64,000 nt of DNA from Eledone cirrhosa (Eukaryota), in assembly GCA_964016885.1 (NCBI GenBank), contig OZ024744.1, positions 11,656,001 to 11,720,000 of the forward strand, in the 5' to 3' direction. Positions within the stretch are counted from its first letter, which is position 1, and every line of letters starts with the position of its first letter. Below are positions 13,001-26,110 of the stretch, in pieces. The position numbers and the translations under genes are program-made. A model generated the notes under the pieces. The model saw only the letters and a program-made list of their open reading frames with translations. It was not told the origin of the DNA and searched no databases.

Positions 13001-16000
13001 GTTATACTCCAATATGTTGTGTTGTTATACTCCAATATGTTGTGTTGTTATACTCCAATATGTTGTGTTGTTTTACTCCAATATGTTGTATTGTTGATCT
13101 CCAATATGTCATATTATACTCCAATAAGTTGTGTTGTTGTACTCCAATATGTGTTGTTGTTGTACTCCAATATGTTGCGTTGTTGTACTCCAATATATCA
13201 TGTTGTCGTACTCCAATATGTCATGTTATACTCCAATATGTTTTGATGCTGTACTCCAATATGTTGTGTTGTTGTACTACAATATGTTGTGTTGTTGTAC
13301 TCCAATATGTTGTGTTGTTATACTCCAATATGGTGTGCTGTTGTACTCCAATATGTTGTGTTGTTATACTCCAATATGTAGTGTTGTTATACTCCAATAT
13401 GTTGTGTTGTTGTACTCCAATCTGTTGTGTTGTTATACTCCAATATATTGTGTTGTTATACTCCAATATGTTGTGTTGTTTTACTCCAATATGTTGTGTT
13501 GTTGTACTCCAATATGTTGTGTTCTTGTACTCCAATATGTCGTGTTGTCGTACTCCAATATGTTGTGTTGTTGTACTCCAATATGTTGTGCTGTTGTACT
13601 CCAATATGTTGTGTTGTTGTACTCCAATATGTTGTGTTGTTATACTCCAATATGTTGTGCTGTTGTACTCCAATATTTCGTGTTGTTGTACTCCAATACG
13701 TCGTGTTGTACTCCAATATGTTGTGTTGTTATACTCCAATATGTTATGTTGTTGTACTCCAATGTGTCTTGTTGTTGTACTCCAATATGTTTTGATGTTG
13801 TACTCCAATATGTTTTGTTGTTATTCTCCAATATGTTGTGATGTTGTACTATAATGTGTTGTGTTGTTGTACTCCAATGTGATGTGTTGTTGTACTCCAA
13901 TATGTTGTGCTGTTGTACTCCAATATTTTTTGTTTTTTGTACTCCAATATGTTGTGTTGTTATACACCAATATGTTGTGTTGTTATACTCCAATATGGTG
14001 TGTTGTTGTACTCCAATATGTTGTATTGTTTTCTCCAATATGTCATGTTATACTCCAATATGGTGTGTTCGTGTACTCCAATATGTTGTGTTATTGTACT
14101 CCAATATGTTGCGTTGTTGTACTCCAATATGTTGTGTTGTTATACTCCAATATGTCGTGTGGCTGTACTCCAATATGTCATGTTGTTGTACTCCAATATG
14201 TCTTGTTATAGTCCAATATGTCGTGTTGTTGTACTCCAATATATCATGTAGTTGTACTCCAATATTTCGTGTTGTTGTACCCCAATATGTAGTGTTGTTT
14301 ATACTCCAATATGTTTTGCTGTTGTACTCCAATATGTTGTGTTGCTGTACTCCTATATGTTGTGTTGTTATTCTCCAATATGTTGTGCTGTTGTACTCCA
14401 ATGTGTTGTGTTGTTATACTCCAATGTGTTGTGTTGTTATACTCCAATATGTTGTGTTGTTGTAGTCCAATATGTTGTGTTGTTATACTCCAATATTTCG
14501 TGTGGTTGTACTCCAATATGTCATGGTGTTGTACTTCAATATGTCGTGTTGTTGTACTCCAATATGTTGTCTTGTTGTACTCCAATCTGTTGTATTGTTG
14601 TACTTCAATATGTTCTGTTCATGTACTCCAATATATTGTGTTGTTGTACTCCAATATGTTGTGTTGTTGTACTCCAATATGATGTGTTGTTGTACTCCAA
14701 TATGTTGTACTTTTGTACTCCAATATGTTTTGCTGTTGTACTCCACTGTGTTGTGTTGTTGAACTCCAATATGTTGTGTTGTTGTTCTCCAATATTTTGT
14801 GCTGTTGTACTCCAATATGTTGTGTTGTTGTACTCCAATATGTTTTGATGTTGTACTCCAATATGTTGTGTTGTTGTACTCCAATATGTTGTGTAGTCGT
14901 ATTCCAATATGTTGTGTTGTTATACACCAATGTGGTGTGCTGTTGTAATCCAATATGTTATGTTGTACTCCAATATGTTGTGTTGTTATACTCCAATATG
15001 TAGTGTTGTTATACTCCAATATGTTGTGTTGTTGTACTCCAATCTGTTGTGTTATACTCCAATATGTTGTGTTGTTATACTCCAATATGTTGTGTTGTTA
15101 TACTCCAATATGGTGTGTTGTTGTACTCCAATATGTTGTATTGTTTTCTCCAATATGTCATGTTATACTCCAATATGGTGTGTTCGTGTACTCCAATATG
15201 TTGTGTTATTGTACTCCAATATGTTGCGTTGTTGTACTCCAATATGTTGTGTTGTTATACTCCAATATGTCGTGTGGCTGTACTCCAATATGTCATGTTG
15301 TTGTACTCCAATATGTCTTGTTATAGTCCAATATGTCGTGTTGTTGTACTCCAATATATCATGTAGTTGTACTCCAATATTTCGTGTTGTTGTACCCCAA
15401 TATGTAGTGTTGTTTATACTCCAATATGTTTTGCTGTTGTACTCCAATATGTTGTGTTGCTGTACTCCTATATGTTGTGTTGTTATTCTCCAATATGTTG
15501 TGCTGTTGTACTCCAATGTGTTGTGTTGTTATACTCCAATGTGTTGTGTTGTTATACTCCAATATGTTGTGTTGTTGTAGTCCAATATGTTGTGTTGTCG
15601 TACTCCAATATGTTGTGTTGTTATACTCCAATATTTCGTGTGGTTGTACTCCAATATGTCATGGTGTTGTACTTCAATATGTCGTGTTGTTGTACTCCAA
15701 TATGTTGTCTTGTTGTACTCCAATCTGTTGTATTGTTGTACTTCAATATGTTCTGTTGTTGTACTCCAATATATTGTGTTGTTGTACTCCAATATGTTGT
15801 GTTGTTGTACTCCAATATGCTGTGTTGTTGTACTCCAATATGTTGTGTTGTTGTACTCCAATATGTTGTGTTGTTGTACTCCAATATCTTGTGTTCTTAT
15901 ACTCCAATATGTTGTGTTGTTATACTCCAATATGTTGTGTTGTTGTACTCCAATATGTTGTGCTGTTGTACTCCAATATGATGTGCTGTTGTACTCCAAT

Positions 16001-16097
16001 ATGTTGTGTTGTTGTACTCCAATGCGTTGTGTTGTTGTACTCCAATATGTTGTGCCGTTGTACTCCAATATTTTTTTTGTTTTTGTACTCCAAAATG
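4542..16097 (+). repeat. Tandem duplication of the A+B unit (period 5743 then 5813 bp)
   Basis: CAAAAGGCCA at 5581, 11324 and 17137. ORF offsets of 5743 (5249/10992, 7026/12769, 9624/15367). Confidence 0.9.
8225..9850 (+). repeat. Internal ~0.5-kb block repeated at a 1115-bp offset inside unit B (also at ~13970-15590 and ~22290-23910)
   Basis: Identical ORFs at 8305/9420, 14048/15163 and 22367/23482. Shared variant string GTGGCTG...TATAGTCC...GTACCCC...CTCCTATA. Confidence 0.85.
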
Positions 16098-19000
16098 TTT
16101 GTTGTTATACTCCAATATGTTGTGTTGGTGTACTCCAATATGGTGTGCTGTTGTACTCCAAATCTCGTGTTGTTATACTCCAATGTGTTGTGTTGTTATA
16201 CTCCAATATGGTGTGTTGTTGAACTCCAATATGTTGTATTGTTTTTCTCCAATATGTCATGTTATACTCCAATATGTCGTGTTGCTGTACTCCAATGTGT
16301 CATGCTGTTGTACTCCAATATGTTTTGCTGTTGTACTCCACCGTGTTGTGTTGTTGAACTCCAATACGTTGTGTTGTTGTTCTCCAATATTTTGTGCTGT
16401 TGTACTCCAATTTGTGTTGTTGTACTCCAATATGTTGTGTTGTTGTACTCCAATATGTTGTGTTGTTGTACTCCAATATGTTGTGTTGTTATACTCCAAT
16501 ATGTTGTGCTGTTGTACCCCAATATTTCGTGTTGTTGTACTCCAATACGTCGTGTTGTTGTACTCCAATATGTTTTGATGTTGTACTCAAATATGTTGTG
16601 TTGTTGTACTCCAATATGTTTTGATGTTGTACTACAATATGTTGTGTTGTTGTACTCCAATATGTTGTGTAGTCTTACTCCAATATGTTGTGTTGTTGTA
16701 CTCCAATATTCTGTGATGTTGTACTCCAATATGATGTGATGTTGTACTCCAATGCGTTGTGTTATTGTACTCCAATGTGATGTGTTGTTGTACTCCAATA
16801 TGTTGTGCCATTGTACTCCAATATTTTTTATATTTGTACTCCAATATGTTGTGTTGTTATACTCCAATATGTTGTGCTGTTGTACTCCAAATCTCGTGTT
16901 GTTATACTCCAATGTGTTGTGTTGTTATACTCCAATATGGTGTGTTGTTGTAGTCCAATATGTTGTATTGTTTTTTTCCAATATGTCATGTTATACTCCA
17001 ATATGTTGTGTTCGTGTACTCCAATATGTTGTGTTATTGTACTCCAATATGTTGCGTTGTTGTACTCCAATATGTTGTGTTGTTATACTCCAATATGTTG
17101 TGTTGTTGTACTGCAATATGTTGTCTTGTTGTACTCCAAAAGGCCATGTTATCGTACTCCAATATGTCTTGTTATACTCCAATATGTCGTGTGGCTGTAC
17201 TCCAATATGTCATGTTGTTGTACTCCAATATGTCTTGTTATAGTCCAATATGTCGTGTTGTTGTACTCCAATATGTCATGTAGTTGTATTCCAATATTTC
17301 GTGTTGTTGTACCCCAATATGTCGTGTTGTTTATACTCCAATATGTTTTGCTGTTGTACTCCAATATGTTGTGTTGCTGTATTCCAATATGTTGTGTTGT
17401 TATTCTCCAATATGTTGTGCTGTTGTACTCCAATGTGTTATGTTGTTATACTCCAATATGTTGTGCTGTGCTACTCCAATATATTGTGTTGTTGTACTCC
17501 AATGTGTTGTGTTGTTATACTCCAATATGTTGTGTTGATTTACTCCAATATGTTGTGTTGTTGTACTCCAATCTGTTGTGTTGTTATACTCCAATATGTT
17601 GTGTTGTTATACTCCAATATGTTGTATTGTTTTACTCCAATATGTTGTGTTGTTGTACTCCAATATGTTGTGTTGTTGTACTCCAATATGTTGTGTTGTT
17701 GTAATCCAATATCTTGTGTTGTTATACTCCAATATGTTGTGTTGTTGTACTCCAATATGTTGTGTTGTTATACTCCAATATGTTGTGTTGTGATACTCCA
17801 ATATGTTGTGCTGTTGTACTCCAATATGTTGTGTTGTTATACTCCAATATGTTGTGTTGTTTTACTCCAATATGTTGTGTTGTTGTACTCCAATATGTTG
17901 TATTGTTGTTCTCCAATATGTCATGTTATACTCCAATAAGTTGTGTTCTTGTACTCCAATATGTTGTGTTGTTGTACTCCAATATATCATGTTGTCGTAC
18001 TCCAATATGTCATGTTATACTCCAATATGTCGTTGTTATACTCCAATATGTCATGTTGTTGTACTCCAATATGTCGTATTGTTATACTCCAATATGTTTT
18101 GATGTTGTACTCCAATATGTTGTGTAGTCGTACTCCAATATGTTGTATTGTTATACTCCATTATGTTGTGCTGTTGTACTCCAATATGTTCTGTTGTTGT
18201 ACTCCAATATATTGTGTTGTTGTACTCCAATATGTCGTGTTGTTGTACTCCAATATGTCGTGTTGTTGTACTCCAATATGTTGTGTTGTTGTACTCCAAT
18301 ATGTTGTGTTGTTGTACTCCAATATGTTGTATTGTTATACTCCAATATGTTATGTTGTTGTACTCCAATATGTCATGTTGTTGTACTCCAATATGTTTTG
18401 ATGTTGTACTCCAATATGTTGTGTTGTTGTACTCCAATATGTTTTGATGTTGTACTCCAATATGTTGTGTTGTTGTACTCCAATATGCTGTGTAGTCGTA
18501 CTCCAATATGTTGTGTTGTTGTACTCCAATATGCTGTGATGTTGTACTCCAATATGATGTGCTGTTGTACTCCAATGCGTTGTGTTGTTGTACTCCAATA
18601 TGCTGTGTTGTTATACTCCAATATGTTGTGTTGGTGTACTCCAATATGGTGTGCTGTTGTACTCCAAATCTCGTGTTGTTATACTCCAATGTGTTGTGTT
18701 GTTATACTCCAATATGGTGTGTTGTTGAACTCCAATATGTTGTATTGTTTTTCTCCAATATGTCATGTTATACTCCAATATGTCGTGTTGCTGTACTCCA
18801 ATATGTCATGCTGTTGTACTCCAATATGTTTTGCTGTTGTACTCCACCGTGTTGTGTTGTTGAACTCCAATACGTTGTGTTGTTGTTCTCCAATATTTTG
18901 TGCTGTTGTACTCCAATTTGTGTTGTTGTACTCAAATATGTTGTGTTGTTGTACTCCAATATGTTGTGTTGTTGTACTCCAATATGTTGTGTTGTTATAC

Positions 19001-22000
19001 TCCAATATGTTGTGCTGTTGTACTCCAATATTTCGTGTTGTTGTACTCCAATACGTCGTGTTGTTGTACTCCAATATGTTTTGATGTTGTACTCAAATAT
19101 GTTGTGTTGTTGTACTCCAATATGTTTTGATGTTGTACTCCAATATGTTGTGTTGTTGTACTCCAATATGTTGTGTAGTCTTACTCCAATATGTTGTGTT
19201 GTTGTACTCCAATATGCTGTGATGTTGTACTCCAATATGATGTGATGTTGTACTCCAATGCGTTGTGTTGTTGTACTCCAATGTGATGTGTTGTTGTACT
19301 CCAATATGTTGTGCCATTGTACTCCAATATTTTTTATATTTGTACTCCAATATGTTGTGTTGTTATACTCCAATATGTTGTGCTGTTGTACTCCAAATCT
19401 CGTGTTGTTATACTCCAATGTGTTGTGTTGTTATACTCCAATATGGTGTGTTGTTGTAGTCCAATATGTTGTATTGTTTTTTTCCAATATGTCATGTTAT
19501 ACTCCAATATGTTGTGTTCGTGTACTCCAATATGTTGTGTTATTGTACTCCAATATGTTGCGTTGTTGTACCCCAATATGTTGTGTTGTTATACTCCAAT
19601 ATGTTGTGTTGTTGTACTGCAATATGTTGTCTTGTTGTACTCCAAAAGGCCATGTTATCGTACTCCAATATGTCTTGTTATACTCCAATATGTCGTGTGG
19701 CTGTACTCCAATATGTCATGTTGTTGTACTCCAATATGTCTTGTTATAGTCCAATATGTCGTGTTGTTGTACTCCAATATGTCATGTAGTTGTATTCCAA
19801 TATTTCGTGTTGTTGTACCCCAATATGTCGTGTTGTTTATACTCCAATATGTTTTGCTGTTGTACTCCAATATGTTGTGTTGCTGTATTCCAATATGTTG
19901 TGTTGTTATTCTCCAATATGTTGTGCTGTTGTACTCCAATGTGTTATGTTGTTATACTCCAATATGTTGTGCTGTGCTACTCCAATATATTGTGTTGTTG
20001 TACTCCAATGTGTTGTGTTGTTATACTCCAATATGTTGTGTTGATTTACTCCAATATGTTGTGTTGTTGTACTCCAATCTGTTGTGTTGTTATACTCCAA
20101 TATGTTGTGTTGTTATACTCCAATATGTTGTATTGTTTTACTCCAATATGTTGTGTTGTTGTACTCCAATATGTTGTGTTGTTGTACTCCAATATGTTGT
20201 GTTGTTGTAATCCAATATCTTGTGTTGTTATACTCCAATATGTTGTGTTGTTGTACTCCAATATGTTGTGTTGTTATACTCCAATATGTTGTGTTGTGAT
20301 ACTCCAATATGTTGTGCTGTTGTACTCCAATATGTTGTGTTGTTATACTCCAATATGTTGTGTTGTTTTACTCCAATATGTTGTGTTGTTGTACTCCAAT
20401 ATGTTGTATTGTTGTTCTCCAATATGTCATGTTATACTCCAATAAGTTGTGTTCTTGTACTCCAATATGTTGTGTTGTTGTACTCCAATATATCATGTTG
20501 TCGTACTCCAATATGTCATGTTATACTCCAATATGTCGTTGTTATACTCCAATATGTCATGTTGTTGTACTCCAATATGTCGTATTGTTATACTCCAATA
20601 TGTTTTGATGTTGTACTCCAATATGTTGTGTAGTCGTACTCCAATATGTTGTATTGTTATACTCCATTATGTTGTGCTGTTGTACTCCAATATGTTCTGT
20701 TGTTGTACTCCAATATATTGTGTTGTTGTACTCCAATATGTCGTGTTGTTGTACTCCAATATGTCGTGTTGTTGTACTCCAATATGTTGTGTTGTTGTAC
20801 TCCAATATGTTGTGTTGTTGTACTCCAATATGTTGTATTGTTATACTCCAATATGTTATGTTGTTGTACTCCAATATGTCATGTTGTTGTACTCCAATAT
20901 GTTTTGATGTTGTACTCCAATATGTTGTGTTGTTGTACTCCAATATGTTTTGATGTTGTACTCCAATATGTTGTGTTGTTGTACTCCAATATGCTGTGTA
21001 GTCGTACTCCAATATGTTGTGTTATTGTACTCCAATATGCTGTGATGTTGTACTCCAATATGATGTGCTGTTGTACTCCAATGCGTTGTGTTGTTGTACT
21101 CCAATATGCTGTGTTGTTATACTCCAATATGTTGTGTTGTTGTACTCCAATATGTTGTGTTGTTGTACTCCAATATGTTGTGTTGTTGTAATCCAATATC
21201 TTGTGTTGTTATACTCCAATATGTTGTGCTGTTGTACTCCAATATGTTGAGTTGTTATACTCCAATATGTAGTGTTGTTATACTCCAATATGTTGTGTTG
21301 TTGTACTCCAATCTGTTGCGTTATACTCCAATATGTTGTGTTGTTATACTCCAATATGTTGTGTTGTTATACTCCAATATGTTGTGTTGTTTTACTCCAA
21401 TATGTTGTATTGTTGATCTCCAATATGTCATATTATACTCCAATAAGTTGTGTTCTTGTACTCCAATATGTGTTGTTGTTGTACTCCAATATGTTGCGTT
21501 GTTGTACTCCAATATATCATGTTGTCGTACTCCAATATGTCATGTTATACTCCAATATGTTTTGATGCTGTACTCCAATATGTTGTGTTGTTGTACTACA
21601 ATATGTTGTGTTGTTGTACTCCAATATGTTGTGTTGTTATACTCCAATATGGTGTGCTGTTGTACTCCAATATGTTGTGTTGTTATACTCCAATATGTAG
21701 TGTTGTTATACTCCAATATGTTGTGTTGTTGTACTCCAATCTGTTGTGTTGTTATACTCCAATATATTGTGTTGTTATACTCCAATATGTTGTGTTGTTT
21801 TACTCCAATATGTTGTGTTGTTGTACTCCAATATGTTGTGTTCTTGTACTCCAATATGTCGTGTTGTCGTACTCCAATATGTTGTGTTGTTGTACTCCAA
21901 TATGTTGTGCTGTTGTACTCCAATATGTTGTGTTGTTGTACTCCAATATGTTGTGTTGTTATACTCCAATATGTTGTGCTGTTGTACTCCAATATTTCGT

Positions 22001-25000
22001 GTTGTTGTACTCCAATACGTCGTGTTGTACTCCAATATGTTGTGTTGTTATACTCCAATATGTTATGTTGTTGTACTCCAATGTGTCTTGTTGTTGTACT
22101 CCAATATGTTTTGATGTTGTACTCCAATATGTTTTGTTGTTATTCTCCAATATGTTGTGATGTTGTACTATAATGTGTTGTGTTGTTGTACTCCAATGTG
22201 ATGTGTTGTTGTACTCCAATATGTTGTGCTGTTGTACTCCAATATTTTTTGTTTTTTGTACTCCAATATGTTGTGTTGTTATACACCAATATGTTGTGTT
22301 GTTATACTCCAATATGGTGTGTTGTTGTACTCCAATATGTTGTATTGTTTTCTCCAATATGTCATGTTATACTCCAATATGGTGTGTTCGTGTACTCCAA
22401 TATGTTGTGTTATTGTACTCCAATATGTTGCGTTGTTGTACTCCAATATGTTGTGTTGTTATACTCCAATATGTCGTGTGGCTGTACTCCAATATGTCAT
22501 GTTGTTGTACTCCAATATGTCTTGTTATAGTCCAATATGTCGTGTTGTTGTACTCCAATATATCATGTAGTTGTACTCCAATATTTCGTGTTGTTGTACC
22601 CCAATATGTAGTGTTGTTTATACTCCAATATGTTTTGCTGTTGTACTCCAATATGTTGTGTTGCTGTACTCCTATATGTTGTGTTGTTATTCTCCAATAT
22701 GTTGTGCTGTTGTACTCCAATGTGTTGTGTTGTTATACTCCAATGTGTTGTGTTGTTATACTCCAATATGTTGTGTTGTTGTAGTCCAATATGTTGTGTT
22801 GTTATACTCCAATATTTCGTGTGGTTGTACTCCAATATGTCATGGTGTTGTACTTCAATATGTCGTGTTGTTGTACTCCAATATGTTGTCTTGTTGTACT
22901 CCAATCTGTTGTATTGTTGTACTTCAATATGTTCTGTTCATGTACTCCAATATATTGTGTTGTTGTACTCCAATATGTTGTGTTGTTGTACTCCAATATG
23001 ATGTGTTGTTGTACTCCAATATGTTGTACTTTTGTACTCCAATATGTTTTGCTGTTGTACTCCACTGTGTTGTGTTGTTGAACTCCAATATGTTGTGTTG
23101 TTGTTCTCCAATATTTTGTGCTGTTGTACTCCAATATGTTGTGTTGTTGTACTCCAATATGTTTTGATGTTGTACTCCAATATGTTGTGTTGTTGTACTC
23201 CAATATGTTGTGTAGTCGTATTCCAATATGTTGTGTTGTTATACACCAATGTGGTGTGCTGTTGTAATCCAATATGTTATGTTGTACTCCAATATGTTGT
23301 GTTGTTATACTCCAATATGTAGTGTTGTTATACTCCAATATGTTGTGTTGTTGTACTCCAATCTGTTGTGTTATACTCCAATATGTTGTGTTGTTATACT
23401 CCAATATGTTGTGTTGTTATACTCCAATATGGTGTGTTGTTGTACTCCAATATGTTGTATTGTTTTCTCCAATATGTCATGTTATACTCCAATATGGTGT
23501 GTTCGTGTACTCCAATATGTTGTGTTATTGTACTCCAATATGTTGCGTTGTTGTACTCCAATATGTTGTGTTGTTATACTCCAATATGTCGTGTGGCTGT
23601 ACTCCAATATGTCATGTTGTTGTACTCCAATATGTCTTGTTATAGTCCAATATGTCGTGTTGTTGTACTCCAATATATCATGTAGTTGTACTCCAATATT
23701 TCGTGTTGTTGTACCCCAATATGTAGTGTTGTTTATACTCCAATATGTTTTGCTGTTGTACTCCAATATGTTGTGTTGCTGTACTCCTATATGTTGTGTT
23801 GTTATTCTCCAATATGTTGTGCTGTTGTACTCCAATGTGTTGTGTTGTTATACTCCAATGTGTTGTGTTGTTATACTCCAATATGTTGTGTTGTTGTAGT
23901 CCAATATGTTGTGTTGTCGTACTCCAATATGTTGTGTTGTTATACTCCAATATTTCGTGTGGTTGTACTCCAATATGTCATGGTGTTGTACTTCAATATG
24001 TCGTGTTGTTGTACTCCAATATGTTGTCTTGTTGTACTCCAATCTGTTGTATTGTTGTACTTCAATATGTTCTGTTGTTGTACTCCAATATATTGTGTTG
24101 TTGTACTCCAATATGTTGTGTTGTTGTACTCCAATATGCTGTGTTGTTGTACTCCAATATGTTGTGTTGTTGTACTCCAATATGTTGTGTTGTTGTACTC
24201 CAATATCTTGTGTTCTTATACTCCAATATGTTGTGTTGTTATACTCCAATATGTTGTGTTGTTGTACTCCAATATGTTGTGCTGTTGTACTCCAATATGA
24301 TGTGCTGTTGTACTCCAATATGTTGTGTTGTTGTACTCCAATGCGTTGTGTTGTTGTACTCCAATATGTTGTGCCGTTGTACTCCAATATTTTTTTTGTT
24401 TTTGTACTCCAAAATGTTTGTTGTTATACTCCAATATGTTGTGTTGGTGTACTCCAATATGGTGTGCTGTTGTACTCCAAATCTCGTGTTGTTATACTCC
24501 AATGTGTTGTGTTGTTATACTCCAATATGGTGTGTTGTTGAACTCCAATATGTTGTATTGTTTTTCTCCAATATGTCATGTTATACTCCAATATGTCGTG
24601 TTGCTGTACTCCAATATGTCATGCTGTTGTACTCCAATATGTTTTGCTGTTGTACTCCACCGTGTTGTGTTGTTGAACTCCAATACGTTGTGTTGTTGTT
24701 CTCCAATATTTTGTGCTGTTGTACTCCAATTTGTGTTGTTGTACTCCAATATGTTGTGTTGTTGTACTCCAATATGTTGTGTTGTTGTACTCCAATATGT
24801 TGTGTTGTTATACTCCAATATGTTGTGCTGTTGTACCCCAATATTTCGTGTTGTTGTACTCCAATACGTCGTGTTGTTGTACTCCAATATGTTTTGATGT
24901 TGTACTCAAATATGTTGTGTTGTTGTACTCCAATATGTTTTGATGTTGTACTACAATATGTTGTGTTGTTGTACTCCAATATGTTGTGTAGTCTTACTCC

Positions 25001-26110
25001 AATATGTTGTGTTGTTGTACTCCAATATTCTGTGATGTTGTACTCCAATATGATGTGATGTTGTACTCCAATGCGTTGTGTTGTTGTACTCCAATGTGAT
25101 GTGTTGTTGTACTCCAATATGTTGTGCCATTGTACTCCAATATTTTTTATATTTGTACTCCAATATGTTGTGTTGTTATACTCCAATATGTTGTGCTGTT
25201 GTACTCCAAATCTCGTGTTGTTATACTCCAATGTGTTGTGTTGTTATACTCCAATATGGTGTGTTGTTGTAGTCCAATATGTTGTATTGTTTTTTTCCAA
25301 TATGTCATGTTATACTCCAATATGTTGTGTTCGTGTACTCCAATATGTTGTGTTATTGTACTCCAATATGTTGCGTTGTTGTACTCCAATATGTTGTGTT
25401 GTTATACTCCAATATGTTGTGTTGTTGTACTCCAATATGTTGTCTTGTTGTACTCCAAAAGGCCATGTTATCGTACTCCAATATGTGTTGTTATACTCCA
25501 ATATGTCGTGTGGCTGTACTCCAATATTTCATGTTGTTGTACTCCAATATGTCTTGTTATAGTCCAATATGTCGTGTTGTTGTACTCCAATATGTCATGT
25601 AGTTGTATTCCAATATTTCATGTTGTTGTACCCCAATATGTCGTGTTGTTTATACTCCAATATGTTTTGCTGTTGTACTCCAATATGTTGTGTTGCTGTA
25701 TTCCAATATGTTGTGTTGTTATTCTCCAATATGTTGTGCTGTTGTACTCCAATGTGTTATGTTGTTATACTCCAATATGTTGTGCTGTGCTACTCCAATA
25801 TATTGTGTTGTTGTACTCCAATGTGTTGTGTTGTTATACTCCAATATGTTGTGTTGATTTACTCCAATATGTTGTGTTGTTGTACTCCAATCTGTTGTGT
25901 TGTTATACTCCAATATGTTGTGTTGTTATACTCCAATATGTTGTGTTGTTTTACTCCAATATGTTGTGTTGTTGTACTCCAATATGTTGTGTTGTTGTAC
26001 TCCAATATGTTGTGTTGTTGTAATCCAATATCTTGTGTTGTTATACTCCAATATGTTGTGTTGTTGTACTCCAATATGTTGTGTTGTTATACTCCAATAT
26101 GTTGTGTTGT
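10750..26110 (+). repeat. 8319-bp period (2xA + B'), including a second A-A tandem at ~16098-21109
   Basis: ORF offsets of 8319 (10939/19258, 15367/23686, 17578/25897). CAAAAGGCCA at 17137, 19643 and 25456. Confidence 0.88.
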
